DNA of 64,000 bases from Candidatus Omnitrophota bacterium. Lineage in GTDB: Bacteria; Omnitrophota; Gorgyraeia; 1-14-0-20-64-10. Below the pieces are notes generated by a model. That model had not been told where the DNA came from. It worked only from the letters and a program-made list of their open reading frames with translations, and did not search any database. Position 1 is the stretch's first letter, and each line of letters opens with the position of its first letter. Below, piece by piece: positions 8,789-18,926 of this stretch. The stretch spans positions 29,057 to 93,056 of the forward strand of contig JAHFFE010000005.1 of NCBI GenBank assembly GCA_023248155.1, written 5' to 3'. A program made the translations under genes and the position numbers.

Positions 8789-10702
8789 ATGTCAAAACTG
8801 ATTGACCAGATTAATTCACCGGCCGATTTACGAAAATTGCGCCAGGATCAGATGCCGCAGGTGGCGCAGGAAATCCGCGAACTGATCGTTGAAAAGGTCT
8901 CCAAGTCCGGCGGGCATTTTGGCGGACCGATGGGCGCGGTGGACCTGGTCGTGGCGATGCATTACGCATTCAATACGCCGGAAGACAAATTGATCTGGGA
9001 TGTCGGTTATCAGGCTTACGCGCATAAAATCCTGACGGGGCGGCGCGACCGTTTTGGAACGCTGCGCCAGTGGCAGGGCATCTCCGGTTTTCCGCATTGC
9101 GAGGAAAGCCCCGAGCACGATATGTTTACGATCGGGCATGGCGGCACCTCTATTTCAACGGCGCTGGGTTTGGCGCGCGCGCGCGACCACCTGAAACAGA
9201 AACAGCAGATCGTCGCGATTATCGGCGATGGATCAATTCCGGAAGGGATGGCGCTCGAGGGTCTTAATCACGCGGGCCATCTCAAAACAAATATGCTGGT
9301 GATTTTGAACGACAACAACATGGCGATCGCACCGGCCGTCGGCGCGTTAACACACGCGTTCAACCGGATGATTGCCGACCCGATGTATAACCGCGTTCGC
9401 CGCGAAGTTCAGAACGCGGTTCAGAAAGTGCCGCGCGTTGGTTTCCGGATGATCCGCATGGCGAAACGGCTTGAAGAGTCGATGAAGAATTTATTGGTGC
9501 CGGGCGTTTTGTTTGAAGAGCTCGGGTTCCGTTATTTTGGACCGATCGACGGGCACAACATCGACGAGATGATCGAAGAGTTCCGCAACTTAAAAGATCT
9601 GCCGGGTCCGAAACTGCTGCATGTGCGCACTGTGAAGGGCAAGGGCTATGCGCATGCCGAGGCGCAGCAGTGGAAGTACCACGGCGTTACGCCGTTTGAT
9701 CCGCAGACCGGCGAAATTTTCAAGAAACCGGCCCCCGAAACGTTCACACAGCGATTCTCCAAAGTAATGGTCCGGCTCGGAAAGTCCGATCCGAAGATCG
9801 TGGCGATCACCGCGGCGATGCCCGATGGCACCGGCTTAGTCGATTTCTCGAAAGAACTGCCGGGACAATTTTATGATGTCGGCATGTGCGAACAGCACGC
9901 GGTTGGCCTGGCGTCCGGATTGGCCAAGGGCGGCATGAAACCGTTTGCCGTAATTTACTCCACATTTTTGCAGCGCGGATATGATCAGGTGATTCATGAC
10001 GCTTGCATTCAGAATCTGCCGGTCATTTTTACGATGGACCGCGCCGGCCTGGTTGGCGACGACGGCATTACGCATCACGGCGTTTTTGATATCGCTTATA
10101 TGCTGCCGCTTCCGCGCATGACTTTTATGGCGGCCAAAGATCTCGATGAACTTGAGGCGATGCTCGACTACTGCGCTCAATTTACCTCAGGCCCGATAGC
10201 GCTCCGTTATCCGCGCGGAACGATGCTGCGGTTTGATCCGGACTTGAAACTGACGCTGCCGGCGAAAACCGCGCCGATTGAACTGGGCAAGGCCGAGATT
10301 TTAGCGCGCGGTTCTGAGCTGGCGATCGTAGCGGTCGGCAGTATGGTTTATCCGGCGCTGGAAGCGGCGGCGCGATTATCCGCGAAAGGAATTTCCACGA
10401 CGGTGGTGAATGCCCGTTTCTTGAAGCCGATCGAGACCGAATTTTACGCGGCGCTGGCCAAAGAGCACCGCGCCATGCTGATTGTCGAGGAAGGGGTTCT
10501 TACCGGCGGTTTTGGCCCGAACTTGATGGCTCAATTATCCGGACAGGTCAACGGCACCGCGATGAACGCCATGGGAATTCCCGACAAGTTTTTTGAACAT
10601 GGCAAGCGCGAGATTTTACTGAATGAAGCGGGGCTGACGACCAATCATATCGAGCAGGCCGCCGAGCAATTACTCGACAGGAAGACGGCGTATGTTAGAT
10701 AG
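8789..10702 (+). CDS. dxs: 1-deoxy-D-xylulose-5-phosphate synthase
   Basis: 637 aa; IWDVGYQAYAHKILTGRR, GDG...N TPP motif, FEELGFRYFGPIDGH, YSTFLQRGYDQ, DRAGLVG. Confidence 0.97.
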   Translation: MSKLIDQINSPADLRKLRQDQMPQVAQEIRELIVEKVSKSGGHFGGPMGAVDLVVAMHYAFNTPEDKLIWDVGYQAYAHKILTGRRDRFGTLRQWQGISGFPHCEESPEHDMFTIGHGGTSISTALGLARARDHLKQKQQIVAIIGDGSIPEGMALEGLNHAGHLKTNMLVILNDNNMAIAPAVGALTHAFNRMIADPMYNRVRREVQNAVQKVPRVGFRMIRMAKRLEESMKNLLVPGVLFEELGFRYFGPIDGHNIDEMIEEFRNLKDLPGPKLLHVRTVKGKGYAHAEAQQWKYHGVTPFDPQTGEIFKKPAPETFTQRFSKVMVRLGKSDPKIVAITAAMPDGTGLVDFSKELPGQFYDVGMCEQHAVGLASGLAKGGMKPFAVIYSTFLQRGYDQVIHDACIQNLPVIFTMDRAGLVGDDGITHHGVFDIAYMLPLPRMTFMAAKDLDELEAMLDYCAQFTSGPIALRYPRGTMLRFDPDLKLTLPAKTAPIELGKAEILARGSELAIVAVGSMVYPALEAAARLSAKGISTTVVNARFLKPIETEFYAALAKEHRAMLIVEEGVLTGGFGPNLMAQLSGQVNGTAMNAMGIPDKFFEHGKREILLNEAGLTTNHIEQAAEQLLDRKTAYVR

Positions 10703-12632
10703 TACCGGCCTTCTTGAAAAAGAAGGTGTTTCTGTTTCTTCCTCTACGCTGAAGACCGCGATCACGCGCGTTACCCGCTTTCTGATGGATCAGCGCAAGC
10801 CGGACGGCCATTGGTGCGGTGAATTGGAAGCCGATACGACGCTGGAATCGGATACTGTCAAGATGTGGCATTTATTGGGCCGCGTCGATGCGGATCGCGA
10901 AAAGCGTTTGGTTGCCACGATTCTGAAACATCAAAATGCCGAGGGCGGCTGGCCGATCTACGCGGAGGGGCCGGCGGAACTGAATGCCACCGTGAAAGCC
11001 TATGTGGCGCTGCGGCTGGCCGGTTTTAATAATTCCGATCCGCGTCTGGTTCTGGCGAAAGAGGCAGTGCTTCGGCTTGGCGGGCTCGAGCGGATCAACA
11101 GTTTTGAAAAAACGTATCTGGCGCTGCTAGGTCTTTATCCGTGGAACCAGGTGCCGGCGCTTCCCGCCGAGATCATCTTTTTACCAAACTGGTTTGCGTT
11201 CAATATTTACGAAGTGGCCTACTGGTCCCGCACGATTTTAGTTCCGCTGATGGTGCTCTATTCGACCCGGCCCAAATGGGTTGAACTTGATTTTTCGGTT
11301 GATGAATTGTGGCAGGATCCTCGCCGCAAACAGGCGAAGATGACCAATTTTCAGAAGGGCGGAGCGGTTTGGCGGGTTTTCTTCCTGTTCTCTGATTGGA
11401 TGCTGCGGTTGCATGAAGCAGTACCGTTTAAACCGCTGCGCAAAGCCGCGCTTCGCCGCACCGATCGCTGGATGACGGACCGGTTGATGGAGACCGACGG
11501 TCTCGGCGCGATTTATCCGGCGATGATCAACGCTGTTTTCGCGCTGAAGGCGCTTGGTTATGGCGATGGCGATCCGGCGCTGGAACAGTCGATTCGTGAA
11601 GTGGAACGGCTTGAGCTGCCGGACGGTTCGGACGGTTTGAAATTACAGCCTTGTTTTTCGCCGGTCTGGGATACGGCGCTGGCGCTTTATATCGTCGGGA
11701 AAACGGCCGGGCGCGATGAAACGGCGTTGGAGCAAACCGCCGAATGGCTTCGGCAGCGTGAAATTCGCAGTTACGGCGACTGGCGCGTCAAGAACCGGAA
11801 GGCGCAGCCGGGCGGATGGGCGTTTGAGTACCGCAATCCTTTTTATCCCGACGTCGATGATTGCGCGCAGGTGTTGTTGGGTTTTCAATCACTCTATGGA
11901 AAAGCGCAGGCCGCTGCGTCGCCGGTGCATCAGCGTTCAATCACATGGATTCTCTCGATGCAGAACGATGACGGCGGGTGGGCCTCATTCGATAAAAATA
12001 ATAATTGTGAAGCGCTGAATCATTTTCCGTTTGCCGATCATAACGCGATGCTTGATCCGTCGTCCTGCGACATCACGGGGCGGATTCTGGAAATGTTTTC
12101 GGGGGCCGGGTTAACGACGCGGCATCCGCAGGTGCGGCGCGCCGTTGATTTTCTGCTGGCGCGTCAGGAGCCGGATGGAACCTGGTTCGGCCGCTGGGGC
12201 GTGAACTATATTTACGGAACCTGGCTGGCGCTGCGCGGACTTAAAAGCATCGGCATTGATTTGAATGAGCCGAGGTATCAGAAAGCGGGACAGTGGATTT
12301 TGAAACATCAGAATGCCGACGGCGGCTGGGGCGAAAGCTGCCGGTCGTACGATGATCCGTCATTAAAAGGGCAGGGTCCCTCGACGGCATCGCAGACGGC
12401 CTGGGCATTAATGGCGCTGATGTCGCTGGGGCTTCAGCAACTTCCGGAATTCCGGAAAGGGACGGACTTTTTGGTACGGACGCAGCAGGCCGATGGGAAC
12501 TGGGATGAATCCTGGTTTACCGGCACCGGCTTTCCGCGCGTTTTTTATCTTAAGTATCACCTATATCGGACTTACTTCCCCCTATTGGCTTTGGTGGAAG
12601 CCCAACAAGAACTCAAGGAGCAAGTAAACTAA
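10692..12632 (+). CDS. shc: Squalene-hopene cyclase (HpnF)
   Basis: YPDVDDCA catalytic DXDD; several QW repeats; [32 protein letters not shown]. Confidence 0.97.
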   Translation: MLDSTGLLEKEGVSVSSSTLKTAITRVTRFLMDQRKPDGHWCGELEADTTLESDTVKMWHLLGRVDADREKRLVATILKHQNAEGGWPIYAEGPAELNATVKAYVALRLAGFNNSDPRLVLAKEAVLRLGGLERINSFEKTYLALLGLYPWNQVPALPAEIIFLPNWFAFNIYEVAYWSRTILVPLMVLYSTRPKWVELDFSVDELWQDPRRKQAKMTNFQKGGAVWRVFFLFSDWMLRLHEAVPFKPLRKAALRRTDRWMTDRLMETDGLGAIYPAMINAVFALKALGYGDGDPALEQSIREVERLELPDGSDGLKLQPCFSPVWDTALALYIVGKTAGRDETALEQTAEWLRQREIRSYGDWRVKNRKAQPGGWAFEYRNPFYPDVDDCAQVLLGFQSLYGKAQAAASPVHQRSITWILSMQNDDGGWASFDKNNNCEALNHFPFADHNAMLDPSSCDITGRILEMFSGAGLTTRHPQVRRAVDFLLARQEPDGTWFGRWGVNYIYGTWLALRGLKSIGIDLNEPRYQKAGQWILKHQNADGGWGESCRSYDDPSLKGQGPSTASQTAWALMALMSLGLQQLPEFRKGTDFLVRTQQADGNWDESWFTGTGFPRVFYLKYHLYRTYFPLLALVEAQQELKEQVN

Positions 12633-13756
12633 TGGCAATCGCATGGAGACAGGGATTATCGGTGGGCAGCTACATCTTCGGCCAGAAGCTGAAGGGCGTT
12701 GAAAAATTTCCATTGGTGTTAATGCTGGAGCCGTTGTTCCGGTGCAACCTCGAGTGCGCCGGCTGCGGAAAGATCCAGTACCCGGAAGATATTTTGAAGA
12801 AGCGGCTTTCGGCTCAGGAATGTGAAGATGCCGCCATGGAGTGCGGCGCGCCGATCGTTTCAATCGCCGGAGGGGAACCGCTGATCCACCCGGAGATGCC
12901 GGAGATCGTCGAGCGGCTCGTCAAGCGCAAGAAATTTGTTTATCTCTGCACGAACGCGGTTCTGCTCGCGCGCGAAATGAAGAAATACAAACCGTCGCCG
13001 TATTTCCGGTTCAGCATCCACCTCGACGGGCTGGAAGCGACGCATGACAAGTCGGTCTGCCGTAAAGGTGTCTTTAATCAGGCGATCGAAGGAATCAAGG
13101 CGGCGAAGGCGGCCGGGTTCACCGTTTCCACGAACACCACCATCTTCCTCGGCGCCGATCCCGGCGAATTCCGCCGGATGTTCGATCATTTGATGGATCT
13201 CGGCGTTGACGGCATGATGATTTCGCCCGGCTATCCGTACGAGAAAGCGCCGGACCAGCAGCATTTTCTGCAGCGCGAGCAGACGAAAGCGCTGTTCCGC
13301 CAGATTCTCGACAATGCCGATCCGCGCTGGCGCTTCAATCACTCCACGTTCTTCCTGGAGTTTTTGCAGGGTGAGCATGATTACCAGTGCACGGCTTGGG
13401 GCAACCCGACGCGCAATGTATTCGGATGGCAGAAGCCGTGTTATCTGATGAGCGACGGGTATGTCAAAACATTCAAAGAGTTGATGGAAGATACCAAGTG
13501 GGAAAATTACGGCACCGGCCGCGATCCGCGCTGTGCCGACTGCATGGTGCATTGCGGTTATGAAGCGACAGCCGTGATGGACGCGACCGCATCGGTGAAG
13601 AACATCATGCATACGATCCGGCCGTTTGGCTCAACGCGTTCCAAGGCGCCGGTCAGCTCCACCGAGGTTCCTCCTCCGCCGGCCCATTCTTCGTCGTCGG
13701 GACCGGTTCCGAATGTGACGCTGGAGTTTCAGCAGAAAAAGTCTTCGTCGGAATGA
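12632..13756 (+). CDS. hpnH: Adenosylhopane synthase, radical SAM
   Basis: [38 protein letters not shown]; directly after shc. Confidence 0.95.
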   Translation: MAIAWRQGLSVGSYIFGQKLKGVEKFPLVLMLEPLFRCNLECAGCGKIQYPEDILKKRLSAQECEDAAMECGAPIVSIAGGEPLIHPEMPEIVERLVKRKKFVYLCTNAVLLAREMKKYKPSPYFRFSIHLDGLEATHDKSVCRKGVFNQAIEGIKAAKAAGFTVSTNTTIFLGADPGEFRRMFDHLMDLGVDGMMISPGYPYEKAPDQQHFLQREQTKALFRQILDNADPRWRFNHSTFFLEFLQGEHDYQCTAWGNPTRNVFGWQKPCYLMSDGYVKTFKELMEDTKWENYGTGRDPRCADCMVHCGYEATAVMDATASVKNIMHTIRPFGSTRSKAPVSSTEVPPPPAHSSSSGPVPNVTLEFQQKKSSSE

Positions 13757-14259
13757 CGAAAACATCCGCCAATCCTGGATTGTCTCAGGATTGTCTTGAC
13801 GCGCTGCGGGCACAGCGGTTTAATTTCTTTTCCGGCGTGGCCGATTCGACACTGGCCTCGCTGATTGAACTGCTCTCGAACGATCCGCTCGGGTATGTTC
13901 CGGCGGCCCGTGAAGATCTGGCCATCGGAATGGCTTCCGGCGCTCATCTGGCCGGCCGCCGCGCCTGTGTGCTGATGCAGAATTCCGGCATCGGCTATTG
14001 CCTGAACGCGCTGACCTCGCTGAATATGATTTATAAAATTCCGCTGCTGCTGATTGTCGGTTACCGCGGTTACGAGGGCAAGGATGCCCCGGAACATTGG
14101 GTGATGGGCAAGCACTGCACGGCGCTGCTCGAGGAAATTGGCGTTAAGACGCTGGTTCCCGAGGCGGCCGATCTGCCGCGCGCGATCGAACAGGCTGCCG
14201 GTTGGATGAGCGGCAGTCAGCTTCCTGTGGCCGTTTTTGTGCGGCCGGGGATGCTCTAA
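13753..14259 (+). CDS. TPP-dependent phosphonopyruvate/sulfopyruvate decarboxylase, alpha subunit (Ppd N-terminal/ComD-like)
   Basis: [38 protein letters not shown]. Confidence 0.85.
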   Translation: MTKTSANPGLSQDCLDALRAQRFNFFSGVADSTLASLIELLSNDPLGYVPAAREDLAIGMASGAHLAGRRACVLMQNSGIGYCLNALTSLNMIYKIPLLLIVGYRGYEGKDAPEHWVMGKHCTALLEEIGVKTLVPEAADLPRAIEQAAGWMSGSQLPVAVFVRPGML

Positions 14260-14261
14260 TC

Positions 14262-14846
14262 ATGGTTCTTACTACACGGCAGGCGATTTTCGCAGTGGCG
14301 CGCCAGCTTACGAATCACGAGCGGGTAGTTTCCACTACCGGATATATTTGCCGCGATACGCATGCGGCCGGTGATCGTCCCGAAAATTTTTATATGATTG
14401 GATCGATGGGCATTGCGTCATCGACCGCGATGGGCATCGCGCTGGCTCAGCCGGGGGAAACCGTGGTGGTCTTCGACGGTGACGGCGCGGCGCTGATGGG
14501 CTTGGGCGCACTGCCGGCGATCGCGTCGGTAGCCCCTGAAAATCTGATCCATGTAGTCTTTGATAACGAAGCGTATGCATCGACAGGCCGTCAGCCGACC
14601 TATTCATCGTCGGTTGATTTGGCGGCATTGGCCCAGGCGGCCGGCTACCGGGTTGTCCGCAAGGTAGACACGGAAGCGGCATTGCTGAGCGCCTGGCAGG
14701 AAATTCGAAAACAGCGGGGACCGGTCTTTTTACTGGTGAAATGCGTTCCGGACGAGGGCGCCCCGATGGAACGGGTGGGGTTGGAGCCGGAAGCGATCAC
14801 AGCACGATTTATGGAGGCTATTCATGGTACGAATGAAAGATTCTAG
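14262..14846 (+). CDS. TPP-dependent phosphonopyruvate/sulfopyruvate decarboxylase, beta subunit (Ppd C-terminal/ComE-like)
   Basis: VSTTGYICR, NFYMIGSMG, DGDGAALM, DNEAYASTGRQP; ATG 14262 lies just after the alpha-subunit stop. Confidence 0.85.
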   Translation: MVLTTRQAIFAVARQLTNHERVVSTTGYICRDTHAAGDRPENFYMIGSMGIASSTAMGIALAQPGETVVVFDGDGAALMGLGALPAIASVAPENLIHVVFDNEAYASTGRQPTYSSSVDLAALAQAAGYRVVRKVDTEAALLSAWQEIRKQRGPVFLLVKCVPDEGAPMERVGLEPEAITARFMEAIHGTNERF

Positions 14847-16137
14847 TCGGCGGGCGATCAAGCGGCGAATGAAACGCAGACGGTTCAAGCGGATCTCGAT
14901 TCAGCTCAAGCCATCGATGCGCGGTTCTGCCGGTAGAGGTTCTTACGCCAAGGGTTCGTCTTATTCGAAGAGTTCTTACGGCAAGTTTAAGGAACCGGTG
15001 GTTGCTCCGGTTCCGGTACCGGAACCGGTCGTGGCTCCTGTGCGCGCCGCGCCGCGCCGGCAAATTCTTTTATGCCCGGGTCCGGTCAATCTGACGCCGC
15101 ATGTGAAATCGGCGCTGGCAGGTCCGGATATCTGCCACCGCGAGAAAGAATTTTCATCGCTGCTGCAGTCGACACGCCTGAAATTGGTCCACGCGTTGGG
15201 CCTCGGTGACCGCTACACGGCCTGCCTCATTAACGGGTCAGGGACGGCGGCGCTTGAATCGGCCATCATGAGCTGTGTTGAGCCCGGCAAGAAATTGTTG
15301 GTGGTCAATAACGGCGTCTACGGATCGCGGCTGGCCCAGTTGGCGCGGCTTTACCAGATTCCGTTGCTGGAAGTCCGTTCTCCGCTGACGGAAACACCCG
15401 ATCTTTCGCGCGTGGCCGCTGTTTTGAAGCGTGAATCGTCGATCGGTACCGTGGCCGTCGTGCATCATGAAACATCGACCGGCATGCTGAACCCGGTTGA
15501 AGAGATCGGCGTTCTGGCCAAGAAGTATCGCAAGCGGTTTCTGGTCGACGCGATCAGCAGTTTGGGCGCCGAGAAACTTGATTTTACGAAAGCGCATATC
15601 GGTTTCTGCGTCGGTTCCGCCGGAAAAGCACTGCACGGTGCGCCCGGCCTTTCGTTCGTGCTGTTGTCGCAGGAAGAAGCGGCGCGTGTTGTGAAACTGA
15701 AACCGCGCGCGCTTTATCTGAACCTGGGAATTCAGCTGCGCGCCCAGGAATCGGGTGAGCCGTTGTTTACGCCGGCCGTTCCGCTTTATATGGCGTTTCA
15801 CGCGGCGCTCGAGGAATTAATCCGTGAAGGGATCAAGGGCCGCATCGTCAAATATCAGCAGCGGTCGGTCTTTCTGCGCCAGGGCTTCAAGAAGCTCGGT
15901 TTGAAATTCCTGCTCGATGAAAAACAGATGTGCCATTCATTGACGGCGATGTGGATGCCGGCTGGCAGATCGTACGACGCGGTTCACAACGCGCTGCGCA
16001 AGCAGGGGTTTGTGATTTACGCGGGTCAGAGCGAGCTGAAAGGTAAAATTCTCCGGATCGCCCATATGGGCCAGTTGTTCCAGGGTGATTTGGCGGAATT
16101 ACTCAAAGCGATGAAGGCGGTCTTAGCCGAATCGTAA
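14824..16137 (+). CDS. phnW: 2-aminoethylphosphonate aminotransferase (class V PLP) with a basic N-terminal extension
   Basis: LLCPGPVN, DICHRE, GSGTAALE, NNGVYG, VHHETSTG, VDAISS, GSAGK (PLP lysine), GFVIYAGQ; GGAGG 6 nt before the ATG. Confidence 0.8.
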   Translation: MVRMKDSSRRAIKRRMKRRRFKRISIQLKPSMRGSAGRGSYAKGSSYSKSSYGKFKEPVVAPVPVPEPVVAPVRAAPRRQILLCPGPVNLTPHVKSALAGPDICHREKEFSSLLQSTRLKLVHALGLGDRYTACLINGSGTAALESAIMSCVEPGKKLLVVNNGVYGSRLAQLARLYQIPLLEVRSPLTETPDLSRVAAVLKRESSIGTVAVVHHETSTGMLNPVEEIGVLAKKYRKRFLVDAISSLGAEKLDFTKAHIGFCVGSAGKALHGAPGLSFVLLSQEEAARVVKLKPRALYLNLGIQLRAQESGEPLFTPAVPLYMAFHAALEELIREGIKGRIVKYQQRSVFLRQGFKKLGLKFLLDEKQMCHSLTAMWMPAGRSYDAVHNALRKQGFVIYAGQSELKGKILRIAHMGQLFQGDLAELLKAMKAVLAES

Positions 16138-16139
16138 AC

Positions 16140-17126
16140 GTGCCGCCATCTTCATTGGGGTGGAGTCGTCCATGGATGCGCTGGGTCGGGTTAGTTATCG
16201 GCCTGGCGCTCTTTGCCTGTGTTCTGGCTGCTTCCGATTTACGCGGTGTTGGCACGCTGCTACTTGAATTCCGCTGGCGGTTCTTCCTGGTTTTCCTCTT
16301 TTATGCCTTTATTTTCGCGCTCGATACCTGGGGATGGAAATACGCGTTTCATCCGGATCAGCAGCGGAAAGTTTCCTGGTCCCAATTATTCCGTGTCCGG
16401 CTGGCCGGTGAGTCGATCAATTATGTGACGCCGGGGGCTTCCATCGGCGGGGAACCGGTCAAAGCGGTGATTCTTTCGAAACGGTACGGAATTCCGATGC
16501 CGGAAGGGATGGCCTCGGTAGTGGTGGCCAAAACGACGCTGGCTTTCAGCATGCTCTTTTTCTCGCTGACGGGTATTGTTTTGGCTTTGTTTTTGTATCC
16601 GCTTCCCGGTTTGCTCAAACGATGGCTCCTCGGTGTGATGCTGGCGCTTAGCGGCATGATGGTGCTGTTTGTTTTGGCGCAATTTCTCAAGCCGTTTCAG
16701 CGAGGCAGCCGGTTTTTTTCCTGGATTCATCCGCGCTGGTTCGCTTCATTGCAGGAAAAAATGCAGTTGTGGGACGGAGCGATTCTCCGTTTTTATCGTC
16801 AATCGCCAGCCAGTATTATCCGGTCGTTTCTATTTCATTTTCTGGGATGGCTCGCCGGCGCGGCCGAGGTTTTTCTGATTTTTAAGTTGCTGCACTTGCC
16901 GATTTCCATTCCAGCCGCTTTTTGCCTCGAAGCGCTCTGGGTTCTGTTGCGCAGCGGCGCGTTTATGATTCCGGCTTCGCTGGGAGCCAGTGAAGGGTTC
17001 ATGATATTGGTTTGCACGGGGCTGGGCATTTCTTCGGTGATCGGGTTGACGGTGGGATTGATCCGGCGTGTTCGTGAAATGGTCTGGATGGGTCTCGGTT
17101 TATTGGAATTCTCACGCGATGGCTGA
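16140..17126 (+). CDS. Lysylphosphatidylglycerol-synthase-TM/flippase-like membrane protein (HpnL-like)
   Basis: Multiple TM helices; RLAGESINYVTP...GGEPVK and IPASLGASEG motifs. Start may be ATG 16173. Confidence 0.75.
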   Translation: MPPSSLGWSRPWMRWVGLVIGLALFACVLAASDLRGVGTLLLEFRWRFFLVFLFYAFIFALDTWGWKYAFHPDQQRKVSWSQLFRVRLAGESINYVTPGASIGGEPVKAVILSKRYGIPMPEGMASVVVAKTTLAFSMLFFSLTGIVLALFLYPLPGLLKRWLLGVMLALSGMMVLFVLAQFLKPFQRGSRFFSWIHPRWFASLQEKMQLWDGAILRFYRQSPASIIRSFLFHFLGWLAGAAEVFLIFKLLHLPISIPAAFCLEALWVLLRSGAFMIPASLGASEGFMILVCTGLGISSVIGLTVGLIRRVREMVWMGLGLLEFSRDG

Positions 17127-18117
17127 TAAACAAGCGGTTTTTATAACAGGGGCCACCGGTTTCGTGGGCGGGCATCTGGCGGCCCAGTTGGTCCGGCGCG
17201 GAGAAAAGGTGCGCGTCTTGTGCCGCAAGAACAGTTCGTTGAGAAATCTTGAGGGGCTTGCAGTCGAGCCGGTTTATGGCGACTTGCAGGACCAGGAATC
17301 GCTGGTCCAGGGAATGCAGGGCTGCCGCCAGGTTTATCATGTCGCGGCCGATTACCGGCTTTGGTCACCCGATCCGTCCGAACTTTATTTGAATAATTTA
17401 ATCGGCACGCGCAACATACTGCAGGCGGCCCGCCGTACCAAAATCCAGAGGATGGTCTACACATCGACGGTGGGGGCGCTTGGATTTACCTCGAATGGAA
17501 CTCCGGCCGATGAAGAAACGCCTGTTTCTCTGTCCGATATGATCGGCCATTACAAGCGGTCCAAATTTATGGCCGAAGTGGAAGTCCAGGCTGCGGCCGC
17601 CGGCGGGTTTCCGGTCGTGATTGTTAATCCGTCAACGCCGGTAGGATCGGGTGACTTGAAACCGACGCCGACCGGACAGATCATTGTTCAGTTTTTAAAC
17701 GGCAAGATGCCGGCCTATATGGATACCGGCCTGAACCTGGTGGATGTGGAGGATGTGGCGCAGGGCCATCTGTCGGCGATGGAAAAAGGCAAGGTTGGTG
17801 AGCGGTATATTTTAGGCAATCGTAATTTGACGCTGCACCAGATTCTAGAAATTTTGTCACAGATCAGCGGGCGGCCCGTTCCAAAGGTGAAGCTTCCATG
17901 GGTGGGCGCCATGGGTATCGCCGCGGTTTGTACCGGTGTGAGTTCCGTTACGAAACAAACGCCGCTGGTTTCTCTCGAGGCGGCCCGGATGTCGCGCAAG
18001 AAAATGTTCTTTAGTCAGGCCAAGGCCGTGCGTGATCTTGATTTGCCGCAGACACCGGTGGAAAAGGCGTTGGAAAAAGCGGTGCGCTGGTTTCGCGATA
18101 ACGGCTACGCCAAATGA
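17119..18117 (+). CDS. hpnA: Hopanoid-associated NAD-dependent epimerase/dehydratase
   Basis: TGATGFVGG, HVAADYRLW, YKRSK, NPSTPVG..D.KPTPTG. Confidence 0.92.
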   Translation: MADKQAVFITGATGFVGGHLAAQLVRRGEKVRVLCRKNSSLRNLEGLAVEPVYGDLQDQESLVQGMQGCRQVYHVAADYRLWSPDPSELYLNNLIGTRNILQAARRTKIQRMVYTSTVGALGFTSNGTPADEETPVSLSDMIGHYKRSKFMAEVEVQAAAAGGFPVVIVNPSTPVGSGDLKPTPTGQIIVQFLNGKMPAYMDTGLNLVDVEDVAQGHLSAMEKGKVGERYILGNRNLTLHQILEILSQISGRPVPKVKLPWVGAMGIAAVCTGVSSVTKQTPLVSLEAARMSRKKMFFSQAKAVRDLDLPQTPVEKALEKAVRWFRDNGYAK

Positions 18118-18122
18118 TAACT

Positions 18123-18258
18123 AGGGGTGCCGGGCATGGGGACCGTGGACACGCTCGGAATCGACTACCGATTCCGTCGCTCTGTCTGCGGCCTTGCCGA
18201 AGAACATTTGGATTTGGCCTCCGCCAAGGTCCACTTGCCCCATATCCCGGCCCGCCTC
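18123..18258. repeat. ~135-nt structured intergenic repeat, copy 1 (homologue at 56484-56617)
   Basis: Aligns by eye with 56484-56617; nested stems GTGGAC/GTCCAC, GGGG/CCCC, CCGGG/CCCGG and hairpin GAATCG-ACTAC-CGATTC. Confidence 0.75.
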
Positions 18259-18289
18259 TTCGCTTTTATTCTCAGGCATGGGTATCTGA

Positions 18290-18910
18290 TTGACCGCCGA
18301 TCCCATTTTGATTGTTGCGGCGGTTTCTCAGGAAATGCGCGGGTTTCGTCCATCGGATGGAGTTCGTATATTAGTAACCGGGATGGGCCGTGCGCGCGCC
18401 AAAAGCCGGTTGGAATCGTATTTGCGCGGAACAGCCGTTTCCCGGATACTCTCCGTCGGGTTTTGCGGCGGGCTGGATCCATTACTAAAGGCGGGTCAGC
18501 CGGTTTGGGTCGAGAGCGTTGTAGGGCCGGGCGGGGCCCGTAGACAGGCAGCGGCCTGGAGCGGTAAAATAAACGGGTCTCTGCCGGGAACCACTCTGCT
18601 GACGGTCGACCGTCCTGTCCGAACCGCTTTGGAGAAAACCGCGTTGCGTACGCAGTTTGGCGCCGGTATCGTCGACATGGAAACAGCCGCGATAGCTGAA
18701 GTCGCAGCCGATCAGGGTATTCCCTGGAACGGGCTGCGCGTCATTCTGGATCCGGCAGCCCAGCCGCTGGAATTTGACTCCGCGCGCGCCGCGCTGTGGG
18801 CGCTGCGCCATCCATCGGGCTGGAAACGGTTAATCAATTTTTTGGAGCAATTGCAGGCTGCCGGCGATACGCTGGCCAAACATTTAAACAATATTACGGG
18901 ACCGTCTTAA
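18290..18910 (+). CDS. hpnG: Hopanoid-associated nucleoside phosphorylase
   Basis: TGMG, SVGFCGGLDP.LKAG, VDMETAAI, GLRVILD (PNP/MTA-SAH nucleosidase fold) in a hopanoid operon. Confidence 0.8.
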   Translation: MTADPILIVAAVSQEMRGFRPSDGVRILVTGMGRARAKSRLESYLRGTAVSRILSVGFCGGLDPLLKAGQPVWVESVVGPGGARRQAAAWSGKINGSLPGTTLLTVDRPVRTALEKTALRTQFGAGIVDMETAAIAEVAADQGIPWNGLRVILDPAAQPLEFDSARAALWALRHPSGWKRLINFLEQLQAAGDTLAKHLNNITGPS

Positions 18911-18926
18911 ACAAGGAGAACCTCAG

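Noticed and set aside
12860-13612. Long antisense ORFs (12860-13612, 42437-43342, 49774-50478, 57791-58534 and others)
   Set aside because: Shadows of well-supported genes on the opposite strand, expected in GC-rich coding DNA.
18114-18293. 59-aa ORF overlapping the hpnA stop and hpnG start by 4 bp each, and the 18127-18543 ORF
   Set aside because: Both span the structured repeat also found in a non-coding context at 56484; the translations show no recognisable features. Not fully excluded.
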